NCBI RefSeq assembly: GCF_963921235.1
Contig: NC_086097.1
Coordinates: 7,378,001-7,442,000, forward strand
From: Mobula hypostoma
Lineage: Eukaryota
Direction: 5' to 3'
DNA: 64,000 nucleotides
Of the stretch, positions 23,593-34,994 are shown in pieces (position 1 is the stretch's first letter; each line of letters starts with the position of its first letter). The notes under the pieces are model-generated. The model made no database searches. It was not told the DNA's origin and saw only the letters and a list, made by a program, of their open reading frames with translations. The translations under genes and the position numbers were made by a program.

Positions 23593-26147
23593 CTGTGTGT
23601 GTTTGTGTTTCTGTGTATGTGTGTTGGGGGAAGTGGGGATGTCAGGTTGAAATTGTGCATGCTTTGGGCAATGCACACTGGTAATTCAAACCTTGAAGCT
23701 GTGACCTCAGCTGATCCAGTGAGGTTTTGTCCCAGCCATAAATGGAATGTAGACCAGCAGAGTGACCTGGTCAGTCATTAGAAGTTGTATATCATTGAAT
23801 TGCCAGCAGAGTTCGATAGGAGATCTGCAGATATTGAGTTTTTTTGTTATATGTGCTGTGGATAGGAGAACTAGAGGAAATTATTTGGAAAAGATGGACA
23901 AGAGATTGTTGGGTGAATATTCAGTAAGAATGTTTTTGAACAATTCAGAATCTAGGTTGAGTTGAGTCTGAAATCATATAATGCCATAATACACTGGGTC
24001 ATTCAGCCCAATGAAGCTGCTTCACCATTTCAACTTCATTCTCACCGTAATCTATGACACTTTTACTAATCAAGAACCTGTCGACCCCTGCTATAAATAT
24101 ATACAGTGACTTGATCCCTGCAGCTGTCTGTGTCAATGAATTCCATAGATTCACCATCCTCTGGCTAAGTTTTTCCTTATTGCTCTACTCAAAACAAGCT
24201 GCAGAGAGTTGTAAACGTATTCAGCTCCATCATGGACACGAGCCTCCACAGTGTACAGGATGTCCTCAAGGAGCGATGTCTCAAAAAGGCAGCATCCATC
24301 ATTAGGGACCTCCATCATGCACGTTATGCCCTATTCTCATTACTACCACCATGAAGGAGGTACAGGATCCGAAAGGCACACACTCAGTGACTCAGGAATA
24401 GTTTCTTCCCTCTGCCATCAGATTAGGGAACACCACCTCATTACATATTTAGAAACATAGAGAAACATAGAAAACCTACAGCACAATACAGGCCCATCGG
24501 CCCACAAAACTGTGCTGAACATGTCCTTACCTTAGAAATTACCTAAGGTTATCCATAGCCCTCTATTTTTCTGAGGTCCATATACCTGTCCAGGAGTCTC
24601 TTAAAAGACCCTATCATATCCGCCTCCACCACCGTCGCCAGCAGTCCATTCCACGCCATCACCAGTCTCTGTGTAAAAAACTTACCCCTGACATCTCCTC
24701 TGTACCTACCTCCAAGCACCATAATACGGTGCCCTCTCGTGTTAGCCATTTCAGCCCTGGGAAAAAGCCTCTGAATATCCACACGATCAATAACTCTCAT
24801 CATCTTATACAGCTCTATCAGGTCACCTCTCATCCTCCGTCGCTCCAAGGAAAAAAGTCCAAATTCACTCAACCTATTCTTATAAGGCATGCTCCCCAAT
24901 CCAGGCAACATCCTTGTAAATATCCTCTGCACCCTTTCTATGGTTTCCACATCCTTCCTATAGTGAGGTGACCAGAAATGAGCACAATACTCCAAGTGGG
25001 GTCTGACCAGGGTCCTATATAGCTGCAACATTACCTCTCAGCTCCTAAACTTAATCCCACAATTGATGAAGGCCAATGCACTGTATGCCTTCTTAACCAC
25101 AGGGTCAACCTGCGTAGCAGCTTTGAGTGTCTTATGGACTCAGACCCTAAGATCCCTCTGATCCTCCACACTGTCAAGTGTCTTGCCATTAATACTATAT
25201 TCTGTCATCATAATTGACCTACCAAAATGAACCAATTTACACTTATCTGGGATGAACTCCATCTGCCACTTCTCAGCCCAGTTTTGCATTCTATCAATGT
25301 CCCGCTGTAACCACTGACGGCCTTCCACACTATCCACAACACCTCCAACCTTTGTGCCATCAGCAAATTTACTAACCCATCCCTCCACTTCCTCATCCAG
25401 GTCATTTATAAAAATCACGAAGAGTAGGGGTCCCAGAACAGATTCCTGAGGCACTCCACTACTGACCGACCTCCATGCAGAATATGACCCATCTCCAACC
25501 ACTCTTTGCCTTCTGTGGGCAAGCCAGCTCTGGATCCACAGATCAATGTCCCCTTGGATCGCATGCCTCCTTACTTTCTCAATAAGCCTTGCAAGGGGTA
25601 CCTTATTGAATGCCTTGCTGAAATTCATATACACCACATCTACTCCTCTACATCCTCAAAAAATTCAATCAGGCTCATAAAGCATGACCTGCCTTTCACA
25701 AAGTCTTACTGACTATTGCTAATCATATTATGCCTCTGCAAATGTTCATAAATCCTGCCTCTCAGGATCTTCTCCATCAACTTGCCAACCGCTGAAGTAA
25801 GACTCACAGGTCTATAATTTCCTGGGCTATGTCTACTCACTTTCTTAAATAATGGAACAACAACTACAACCCTCCAATCCTCCGGAACCTCTCCCATCCT
25901 CATTGATGATGCAAAGATCATTACCAGAGGCTCAGCAATCTCCTCCCTCACCTCCCACAGTAGTCTGGGGTACATCTCATTTGATCCCGGTGACTTATCC
26001 AACTTGATGCTTTCCAAAAGCTCCAGAACATCCTCTTTCTTAAAATCTACATGCTCAAGCTTTTCAGTCCACTGTATGTCATCCCCAAAATTGCCAAGAT
26101 CCTTTTCCATAGTGAATACTGAAGCAAAGTACTCATTAAGTACCTCT

Positions 26148-26683
26148 ACTGTAAAGATGAAGCCACACTCAGGTTGGAGGAACAACACCTTATATTCCGT
26201 CTGGGTAGTCTCCAACCTGATGGCATGAACATCGACTTCTCTAACTTCCGCTGATGCCCCACCTCACCCTCGTACCCCATCCGTTATTTATTTTTATACA
26301 CACATTCTTTCTCTCACTCTCCTTTTTCTCTCTCTGTCCCTCTGACTACACCCCTTGCCCATCCTCTGGTTCCCCACCTTCTGCCCTGTCTTTCTCCCCG
26401 GACCTCCTGTCCCATGATCCTCTCATATCCCCTTTGCCAATCACCTGTCCAGCTCTTGGCTCCATCCTTCCCCCTCCTGTCTTCTCCTATCATTTTGGAT
26501 CTCCCCCTCCCCCTCCCACTTTCAAATCTCTTACTAACTCTTCCTTCAGTTAGTCCTGACGAAGGGTCTCGGCCTGAAACGTCAACTGTACCTCTTCCTA
26601 GAGATGTTGCCTGGCCTGCTGCGTTCACCAGCAATTTTGATGAGTGTTGCTTGAATTTCTAGCATCTGCAGAATTCCTGTTGT
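26148..26683 (+). mobile_element. Young Penelope 3' fragment/pLTR inserted in CR1
   Basis: Exact 12-bp TSD ttaagtacctct (26136-26147 / 26684-26695); LEEQHLIFRLGSLQPDGMN. Confidence 0.92.
26551..26588 (+). ncRNA. Minimal type I hammerhead ribozyme with intact catalytic core
   Basis: TAGTC-CTGACGA-AGGGTCTCGGCCT-GAAAC-GTC-AACTG. Confidence 0.8.
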
Positions 26684-27833
26684 TTAAGTACCTCTGTCAT
26701 CTCCTCTGGTTCCATACACACTTTTCCACTGTCACACTTGATTGGTCCTATTCTTTGACGTCTTATTCTCTTGCTCTTCACATACTTGTAGAATGCCTTG
26801 GGGTTTTCCTTAACCCTGTCCACCAAAGGCTTCTCATGGCCCCTTCTGACTCTCCTAATTTCATTCTTAATCTCCTTCCTGCTAGCCTTATAATCTTCTA
26901 GATCTCTATCATTACCTAGTCTTTTGAACTTTTCGTAAGCTCTTCTTTTCTTCTTGACTAGATTTACTACAGCCATTATTCACCACACTTCCTATACGCT
27001 ACTATCATTTCCCTGTCTCATTGGAATGAACCTATACAGAACTCCATGCAAATATTCCATGAACATTTGCTACATTGCTTCCATACATTTCCCCAAGAAC
27101 ATGTGTTCCCAGTTTATGCTTCCAAGTTCTTGCCTGATATGCCTCATAATTCCCCTTACTCCAATTAAACACTTTCCTAACTTGTCTGTTCCTATCCCTC
27201 TCCAATGCTATGGTAAAGGAGATAGAATTGTGATCACTATCTCCAAAATGCTCTCCCACTGAGAGATCTAACACCAGATCAAGTTAATTTCCCAATACCA
27301 GGTCAAGTACAGCCTCTCTTCTTGTAAGCTTATCTGTATATTGTGTTAAGAAACCTTCTTGAACACACATAACAAACTCCACCCCATCTAAATCCCTCAC
27401 TCTAGGGACATGCCAATCGATATTTGGAAAATTAAAATCTTCCACCACGACAGCCCTGTTATTATTACATCTTTCCAGAATCTGTCTTCCTATCTGCTCC
27501 TCAATGTACCTGTTACTATAGAGTGGTCTATATAAAACTCCCAGTAGAGGTAATGACCCCTTCCTGTTTCTAACTTCCACCCACAGAGACTCCGTAGACA
27601 ACCCCTCCATGTCTTCCTCCCTTTCTGCAACCGTGACACTATCTCTGATCAACAGTGCCACGCCCCCACTTCTTTTGCCTCCCCCCCCCCCAACATCCTT
27701 TCTAAAATATCTAAAGGCTGGCACTCGAAGTAACCATTCCTGCCCCTGAGCCATCCACGTCTCTGTAATGGCCACAGCATCACAGCTCCGAGTACTGATC
27801 CACTCTCTAAACTCATTGGCTTTGTTCATAATA

Positions 27834-28149
27834 ATAATAAAGGCATCCGTTAGTCTAGCGAGACCATGGACCTGCGACTGAAACGTCTTCACTCTCCAGG
27901 GCGCAGGCCTGAGCAAGGTTGTATGGAAGACCCGCAGTTGCCCACGCTGCAAGACTCCCCTCTCCATGACACCGATGTTGTCCAAGTGAAGAGCAAGGGC
28001 CGATTCAGCTTGGCACCAGTGTCGTCGCAGAGCACTGTGAGGCTAAGTGCCTTGCTCAAGGACACAACACACTGCCTCGGCTGGGGCTTGAACTCACGAC
28101 CTTCAGGTTGCTGGTCAAATGCCTTAACTGTTTGGCCACGTGCCCACAT
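27834..28149 (-). mobile_element. tRNA-derived CORE-like SINE, full length
   Basis: 13-bp TSD tttgttcataata (27821-27833 / 28150-28162); A and B boxes; (tta)n tail. Confidence 0.92.
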
Positions 28150-28765
28150 TTTGTTCATAATACTCCTTGCATTAAAATAGAGACATCTCAAACCATTGGT
28201 CTGAGTGCGTCCCTTCTCTATCACCTGCCTATTCTTCCTCTCGCACTGTCTCCAAGATTTCTCTATCTGTGAACCAACCACCTCTTCCACCTTCTCTTCA
28301 GTTTGGTTCCCACCCTCCAGCTGTCCTAGTTTAAACTCACCCCAATAGCCTCAGTAAACCTCCCCGCCAGGATATTGGTCCCCCTGGGATTCAAGTGCAA
28401 CCTGTCCTTTTCGTACAGGTCACCCCTGCTCCAAAAGAGGTTCCAATGATCCAGAAATCTGAATCCCTGACCCCTGCTTCAATCCCTCAGCCACACATTT
28501 ATCCTCCACCTCACTCTATTCCTATACTCACTGTCACTGTTTTTATTGCTATATTTGCATTACTTAATTTAACTATTTTAAAAATATATACTAATTCTAA
28601 TTCAGTTTTTTTCTATTATTCTCTTCTGCAATGTACTGCTGCTACAACAACAACAAATTTCATGACATATACTGTTGATATTAAACCTGATTCTGATTCT
28701 GCTTCTGATTCTATAGGGATTCCCTCTATTCAGAATCAGAATCAGAATCAGAATCAGGTTTATTA

Positions 28766-29223
28766 GTTATAGTCACAGTCATAGTCATAGTCATACTTCA
28801 TTAATCCCAGGGGAAATTAGTTTTCGTTACAGTTGCTCCATAAATAATAAATAGTAATAGAACCATAAATAGTTAAGTAGTAATATATAAATTATGCCAG
28901 TAAATTATGAAATAAGTCCAGGACCAGCCTATTGGCTCAGGATGTCTGACCCTCCAAGGGAGAAGTTGTAAAGTTTGATGGCCACAGGCAGGAATGACTT
29001 CCTATGATGCTCTGTGTTGCATCTCGGTGGAATGAGTCTCTGGCTGAATGTACTCCTGTGCCCAATCAGTACATTATGTAGTGGATGGGAGACATTGTCC
29101 AAGATGGCATGCAACTTGGACAGCATCCTCTCTTCATACACCACCGTGAGAGAGTCCAGTTCGATCCCCACAACATCACTGGCCTTACGAATGAGTATGT
29201 TGATTCTGTTGGTGTCTGCCACC
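28766..29223 (-). mobile_element. Second Rex1-type LINE 3' fragment with (atgact)n tail
   Basis: ORF 28929-29222 (LIRKASDVVG..SHPLH..KSFLPVAIKLYN); 6-bp TSD ttatta. Confidence 0.85.
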
Positions 29224-29290
29224 TTATTATCACTGGCATGTGATATGAAATTTGTTAACTTAGCAGCAGCAGTTCAATTCAATACATAAT

Positions 29291-31461
29291 AGAAACATAG
29301 AAAAATAGAAAATAGGTGCAGGAGTAGGCCATTCGGCCCTTCGAGCCTGCACCGCCATTTATTATGATCATGGCTGATCATCCAACTCAGAACCCCGCCC
29401 CAGCCTTCCCTCCATACCCCCTGACCCCATAGCCACAAGGGCCATATCTAACTCCCTCTTAAATATAGCCAATGAACTGGCCTCAACTGTTTCCTGTGGC
29501 AGAGAATTCCACAGATTCACCACTCTCTGTGTGAAGAAGTTTTTCCTAATCTCGGTCCTAAAAGGCTTCCCCTCTATCCTCAAACTGTGGCCCCTCGTTC
29601 TGAACTTCCCCAACATCGGGAACAATCTTCCTGCATCTAGCCTGTCCAATCCCTTTAGGATTTTATACGTTTCAATCGGATCCCCCCTCAATCTTCTAAA
29701 TTCCAACGAGTACAAGCCCAGTTCATCCAGTCTTTCTTCATATGAAAGTCCTGCCATCCCAGGAATCAATCTGGCGAACCTTCTTTGTACTCCCTCTATG
29801 GCAAGGATGCCTTTCCTCAGATTAGGGGACCAAAACTGCACACAATACTCCAGGTGTGGTCTCACCAAGGCCTTGTACAACTGCAGTAGTACCTCCCTGC
29901 TCCTGTACTCGAATCCTCTCGCTATAGATGCCAGCATACCATTCGCCTTTTTCACCGCCTGCTGTACCTGCATGCCCACTTTCAATGACTGGTGTATAAT
30001 GACACCCAGGTCTCGTTGCACCTCTCCTTTTCCTAATCGGCCACCATTCAGATAATGATCTGTTTTCCTATTTTTGCCACCAAAGTGGATAACTTCACAT
30101 TTATCCACATTAAATTGCATCTGCCATGAATTTGCCCACTCACCCAACCTATCCAAGTCACCCTGCATCCTCTTAGCATCCTCCTCACAGCTAACACTGC
30201 CACCCAGCTTCGTGTCATCCGCAAACTTGGAGATGCGGCATTTAATTCCCTCATCCAAGTCGTTAATATATATTGTAAACAACTGGGGTCCCAGCACTGA
30301 GCCTTGCGGTACCCCACTAGTCACCGCCTGCCATTCTGAAAAGGTCCCGTTTATTCCCACTCTTTGCTTCCTGTCTGCTAACCAGTTCTCCACCCACACC
30401 AATACCTTACCCCCAATACTGTGTGCTTTAAGTTTGCACACTAATCTCCTGTGTGGGACCTTGTCAAAAGCCTTTTGAAAATCCAAATATACCACATCCA
30501 CTGGTTCTCCCCTATCCACTCTACTAGTTACATCCTCAAAAAATTCTATGAGATTCGTCAGACATGATTTTCCTTTCACAAATCCATGCTGACTTTGTCC
30601 GATGATTTCACCGCTTTCCAAATGTGCTGTTATCACATCCTTGATAACTGACTCCAGCAGTTTCCCCACCACCGACGTTAGGCTAACCGGTCTATAATTC
30701 CCCGGTTTCTCTCTCCCTCCTTTTTTAAAAAGTGGAGTTACATTAGCCACCCTCCAATCCTCAGGAACTAGCCCAGAATCTAACGGGTTTTGAAAAATTA
30801 TCACTAATGCATCCACTATTTCTTGGGCTACTTCCTTAAGCACTCTAGGATGCAGACCATCTGGCCCTGGGGATTTATCTGCCTTCAATCCCTTAAATTT
30901 ACCTAACACCACTTCCCTACTAACATGTATTTCGCTCAGTTCCTCCATCTCACTGGACCCTCTGTCCCCTACTATTTCTGGAAGATTATTTATGTCCTCC
31001 TTAGTGAAGACAGAACCAAAGTAATTATTCAATTGGTCTGCCATGTCCTTGCTCGCCATAATCAATTCACCTGTTTCTGTCTGCAGGGGACCTACATTTG
31101 TCTTTACCAGTCTTTTCCTTTTTACATATCTATAAAAGCTTTTACAGTCCGTTTTCATGTTCCCCGCCAGTTTTCTCTCATAATCTTTTTTCCCCTACCT
31201 AATTAAGCCCTTTGTCCTCCTCTGCTGAACTCTGAATTTCTCCCAGTCCTCTGGTGAGCCACTTTCTCTGGCTAATTTGTATGCTTCTTCTTTGGAATTG
31301 ATACTATCCCTAATTTCTCTTGTCAGCCACGGGTGCACTACCTTCCTTGATTTATTTTTTTGCCAAACTGGGATGAGCAATTGTTGTAGTTCATCCATGC
31401 AACCTTTAAATGCTTGCCATTGCATATCCACCGTCAATCCTTTAAGTGTCATTTGCCAGAT
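29291..31461 (-). mobile_element. Young 5'-truncated CR1 LINE
   Basis: Continuous RT ORF and intact 3' UTR; inserted at aatacataat|ctagcaga of the host element. Confidence 0.96.
29368..31158 (-). CDS. CR1 ORF2 reverse transcriptase region, 596 aa open
   Basis: [53 protein letters not shown]. Confidence 0.94.
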   Translation of the reverse strand: MKTDCKSFYRYVKRKRLVKTNVGPLQTETGELIMASKDMADQLNNYFGSVFTKEDINNLPEIVGDRGSSEMEELSEIHVSREVVLGKFKGLKADKSPGPDGLHPRVLKEVAQEIVDALVIIFQNPLDSGLVPEDWRVANVTPLFKKGGREKPGNYRPVSLTSVVGKLLESVIKDVITAHLESGEIIGQSQHGFVKGKSCLTNLIEFFEDVTSRVDRGEPVDVVYLDFQKAFDKVPHRRLVCKLKAHSIGGKVLVWVENWLADRKQRVGINGTFSEWQAVTSGVPQGSVLGPQLFTIYINDLDEGIKCRISKFADDTKLGGSVSCEEDAKRMQGDLDRLGEWANSWQMQFNVDKCEVIHFGGKNRKTDHYLNGGRLGKGEVQRDLGVIIHQSLKVGMQVQQAVKKANGMLASIARGFEYRSREVLLQLYKALVRPHLEYCVQFWSPNLRKGILAIEGVQRRFARLIPGMAGLSYEERLDELGLYSLEFRRLRGDPIETYKILKGLDRLDAGRLFPMLGKFRTRGHSLRIEGKPFRTEIRKNFFTQRVVNLWNSLPQETVEASSLAIFKRELDMALVAMGSGGMEGRLGRGSELDDQP

Positions 31462-32464
31462 CTAGCAGAGAGAGAGAGAGAGAAAAAAAATAAAATAAAG
31501 CATAATAAGAAACAAACAAGTAAATCAATTATGTATATTGAATAGATTTAAAAGAATGTGCAAAAATAGAAATACGGTACTTTAAAAAAGTGAGGTAGTG
31601 TGCAAAGCTTCAAAGTCCATTTAGAAATCGGATGGCAGAGGGGAAGAAGCTGTTCCTGAATCACTGAGTGTGTGCTTTCAGGCTTCTGTACCTCCTACCT
31701 GATGGTAACAGTGAGAAAAGGGCATGCCCTGAGTGCTGGAGGTCCTTAATAATGGACGCTGCCTTTCTGAGACACCGCTCCCTAAAGATGTCCTGGGTAC
31801 TTTGTCGGCTAGTGCCCAAGATGGAGCTGACTAGATTTACAACCCCCTGCAGTTTCTTTCGGTCCTGTGCAGTAGCCACTCCATGCCAGACAGTGATGCA
31901 GCCTGTCAGAATGCTCTCCACGGTACAACTATAGAAGTTTTTGAGTGTATTTGTTGACATGCCAAATCTCTTCAAACTCCTAATAAAGTATAGCTGCTGT
32001 CTTGCCTTCTTTACAAATACATCAATATGTTGGGACCAGGTTAGATCCTCAGAGATCTTGACACTGAGGAACCTGATGCTGCTCACTCTCTCCAGAGGCT
32101 GTGCCCTCTGATCTTAGACTCTTCCACTAATGGAAGCATCCTCTCCACATCACTCTATCAAGGCCTTTAATATTTCATAGGTTTCATTAAGATTCTCCCT
32201 CACGCCATTCTTCTAAATAAAGAAAACAATTGCTATGGAACTCATTTTCCAATCACTTGAATTCTTATTTCCTGCCAACTGAAAAGCTTTTTCTAAAATA
32301 ACATACTCATTTATACTGTATTCACCTTGGGCAAAATTCTGCAGCACCACATGTTCTCCATGGTAACACAAAACTCAGAATATTTAGTATCAATAAATCT
32401 TTGATGGTGTTACTCAGTCACTAGAGAGAAAATTCCAGTAGATAATACACAACAGCATGTACAA

Positions 32465-34060
32465 TACATGTCTTATGAGGGTAGGTTGAATGAGCTCGGG
32501 ATTTTCTAGCGAAGGAGGATGAGAAGTGACTTGATAGGGGTGTGCAAGATGATAAGAGGCATAGATGGAATAGATAGCCAGAGATTTTTTTTTCCCAGGG
32601 CGGAAGTAGCTAATTTGAAACATAGAAAACATAGAAGACCTACAGCACAATACAGGCCTTTCGGTCCACAATTGCTGTGCCGAACATGTACTTACTTTAG
32701 AAATTACCAAGGGTTACCCATAGCCCTCTATTTTTCTAAGCTCCATGTACCTATCCAGGAGTCTCTTAAAAGATCCTACTGTATCCACCTCCACAACTGT
32801 TGCCGGCAGCCCATTCCGAGCACTCACCACTCTCTGTCCTAAACACTTACCCCTGACATCTCCTCTGTACCTACCTCCAAGCACCTTAAGACTCTGCCCT
32901 CTCATGTTAGCCATTTCAGCCTGGGAAAAAGCCTCTGACTATCCACATGATCAATGCCTCTCATTATCTTGTACACCTCTAACAGGTCATCTCTCATCCT
33001 CCATCACTCCCAGGAGAAAAGGCCGAGTTCACTCAACCTATTCTCATAAGGCATGCTCCCTAATCCAGGCAATATCCTTGTAAATCTCTGCTGCACCCTT
33101 TCTATAGTTTCCACATTCTCCCTGTAGTGAGGTGACCAGAACTGAGCACAGTACTCCAAGTAGGGTCTGATCAAGGTCCTATATAGCTGTAACTTTACCC
33201 TTTGGCTCTTAAACTCAATTCCACAGTTGATGAAGGCCAATGCATCATTGTATGCCTTCTTAACTACAGAGACAACCTGTGCAGCAGGTTTGAGTGTCCT
33301 ATGGACTCGGATTCCTCTGATCCTCCACACTACCAAGAGTCTTACCATTAATACTATATTCTGCCATCATATTTGACCTACCAAAATGAACCACCGCCAC
33401 TCTCAGCCCGGCTTTGCATCTATCAATGTCCTGCTGTAACCTCTGATAGCCCTCCACACTATCCACAACACCTCCAAACTTTGTGTCATCAGCAAATTTA
33501 GTAACCCATCCCTCCAATCCTCATCCAGGTCATTTATAAAAATCATGAAGAGTAGAGATCCCAGAACAGATCCCTGAGGCACACCACTGGTCACCGACCT
33601 CCATGCAGAGTATGACCTGTCTACAACAATTCTTTGCCTTCTGTGGGCAAGCCAATTCTGGATCCACAAAACAAGGTTCCCATGCCTCCTTAATTTCTTA
33701 CTAAGCCTTGCATGGGTACCTTATCAAATGCCTTGCTAAAATTCATATACACTACACCTACTGCTCTACCTTCATCAACGGGCATAACTTTCGGCTGACT
33801 GGTCGGAAGTATAGGGGGATATCAGAGGTAATTTCATTATACAGAGAGTAATGAGTGCATGGAACACCATGCCAAGAGTGGTATTAGAGGCAGGTATATG
33901 AAGGGCATTTAAGAATCCTTTAGATGGGCACTTGGATAACAGAAAAATAGGGAGTTACATAGAAGGGAATGGTTAGATTGATCTTAGAGTAGGTTAAAGG
34001 GTCGGCACAAAATGTTGGGCCAAAGGGCCTGAATTGAGTTGTAGTGTTTTGTATATTCTA
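32465..34060 (+). mobile_element. CR1 3' end split by an antisense CR1
   Basis: RSDLIGVCKMIRGID..FFPRAEVAN breaks at about 32615 and resumes as GHNF at about 33780. Confidence 0.8.
32617..33778 (-). mobile_element. CR1 3' part
   Basis: [35 protein letters not shown]. Confidence 0.92.
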
Positions 34061-34074
34061 TGAATACCTCTTCT

Positions 34075-34370
34075 CCAAAGTTCGCCACCCATTTGTGGTG
34101 GAGCGGATAGTGTATTCCTGAGATTCCGAGATCAATCCCATCTAGAGTTTAGCTCCTGGTTGGGTTGACTATGGTGAAAAGGCCAAGTGGGAGGTTCCAG
34201 TCAGAGCGATCCAACCAAGAACTCAACGGTGAAGCTGGTGGAAGATGATGACATATCACAATGGCAGAGAAAACGGAGGAAGGCTGCAACAGTGAAAGGA
34301 GGCCCTGGACTCTGACCCTGATCTGTCAAGGACAATGTGGTAGCTGCCCAGATCGTCATACTCAACTTGA
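34075..34370 (+). mobile_element. RTE LINE 5' UTR-like fragment
   Basis: gccacccatttgtggtgg..ctcctggttgggttgactatgg..gttccag resembles RTE leaders (recognised by eye). Confidence 0.5.
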
Positions 34371-34399
34371 GTGATCACAGTACTCTGTACATACCTAGA

Positions 34400-34479
34400 G
34401 CAGGGTTTCCCAATCTTTGTTATGCTATGGCCGCCATCATTATCCTAGGGGTCCTTGGACCTCAGGTTGGGAACTCCTG
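34400..34479. mobile_element. hAT micro-MITE
   Basis: cagggtttcccaatc / ggttgggaactcctg; flanks acctagag / atctggag. Confidence 0.75.
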
Positions 34480-34994
34480 ATCTGGAGGCCGAGGAATGGT
34501 TGCTGATAATAAAGCTAAGGAACTGGAGTTGCGATATGGGCCAGCATTGGAAACCTGAAGGCTGAGTTTGAGAGCAAAAGTTTGTTGTAGTTAATTCAGC
34601 AAATTCTATTGCCCTGGTAACCCAGAACTGTTAGTATTAACTGCCACAATGGCCTGAATTCCTGGATAATGCCTATTGTGGCTGATAACTCACAATCTGT
34701 TCACGTGGACTCATGACATCCTTTCTCCCATCTCATTTCGAATCACATTTCTTCAGTTTTACAAACTTCAGAACTGGTATTAGGCCATTATAAATTGCTC
34801 CCCAATTAAAACCTCCTCACTAAAACCAAGACACCATTAAAAATAAGTTGTTATAATGTGCACTATCATAATTTAGTCATTAAATGTGAGCTGAAAGATC
34901 CTTATGCAGCATCCTTAAACAGGAAGAACAAGATCAAAGCATTCCAATTTAGTGGAGGCGGCTGGTGTCATTCTGCATCTATATAGATATCACA

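Larger units (their letters stand above)
24450..28535 (-). mobile_element. Long CR1 (ORF1 C-terminus, endonuclease, RT, 3' end), disrupted and carrying two insertions
   Basis: LRCLYFNARSIMNK, AITETW, DFNFPNIDW, SDHNSI, GVPQESVLGP, KFADG, RPHLEYC. Confidence 0.95.
28731..32095 (-). mobile_element. Rex1/Babar LINE 3' part with (attctg)n tail, interrupted twice
   Basis: ORF 31661-32086 (FLSVKISEDLTW..FYSCTVESILTGCITVW); tail colinear with the uninterrupted copy at 45721-46000. Confidence 0.88.

Noticed and set aside
27284..27985. 233-aa ORF as a novel chimeric endonuclease gene
   Set aside because: It is a chance in-frame read from an inserted SINE into the CR1 APE domain, and the domain is broken downstream.
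29531..30478. Plus-strand ORFs of 130-170 aa (also 3439-4927)
   Set aside because: They are antisense shadows of CR1 ORF2.
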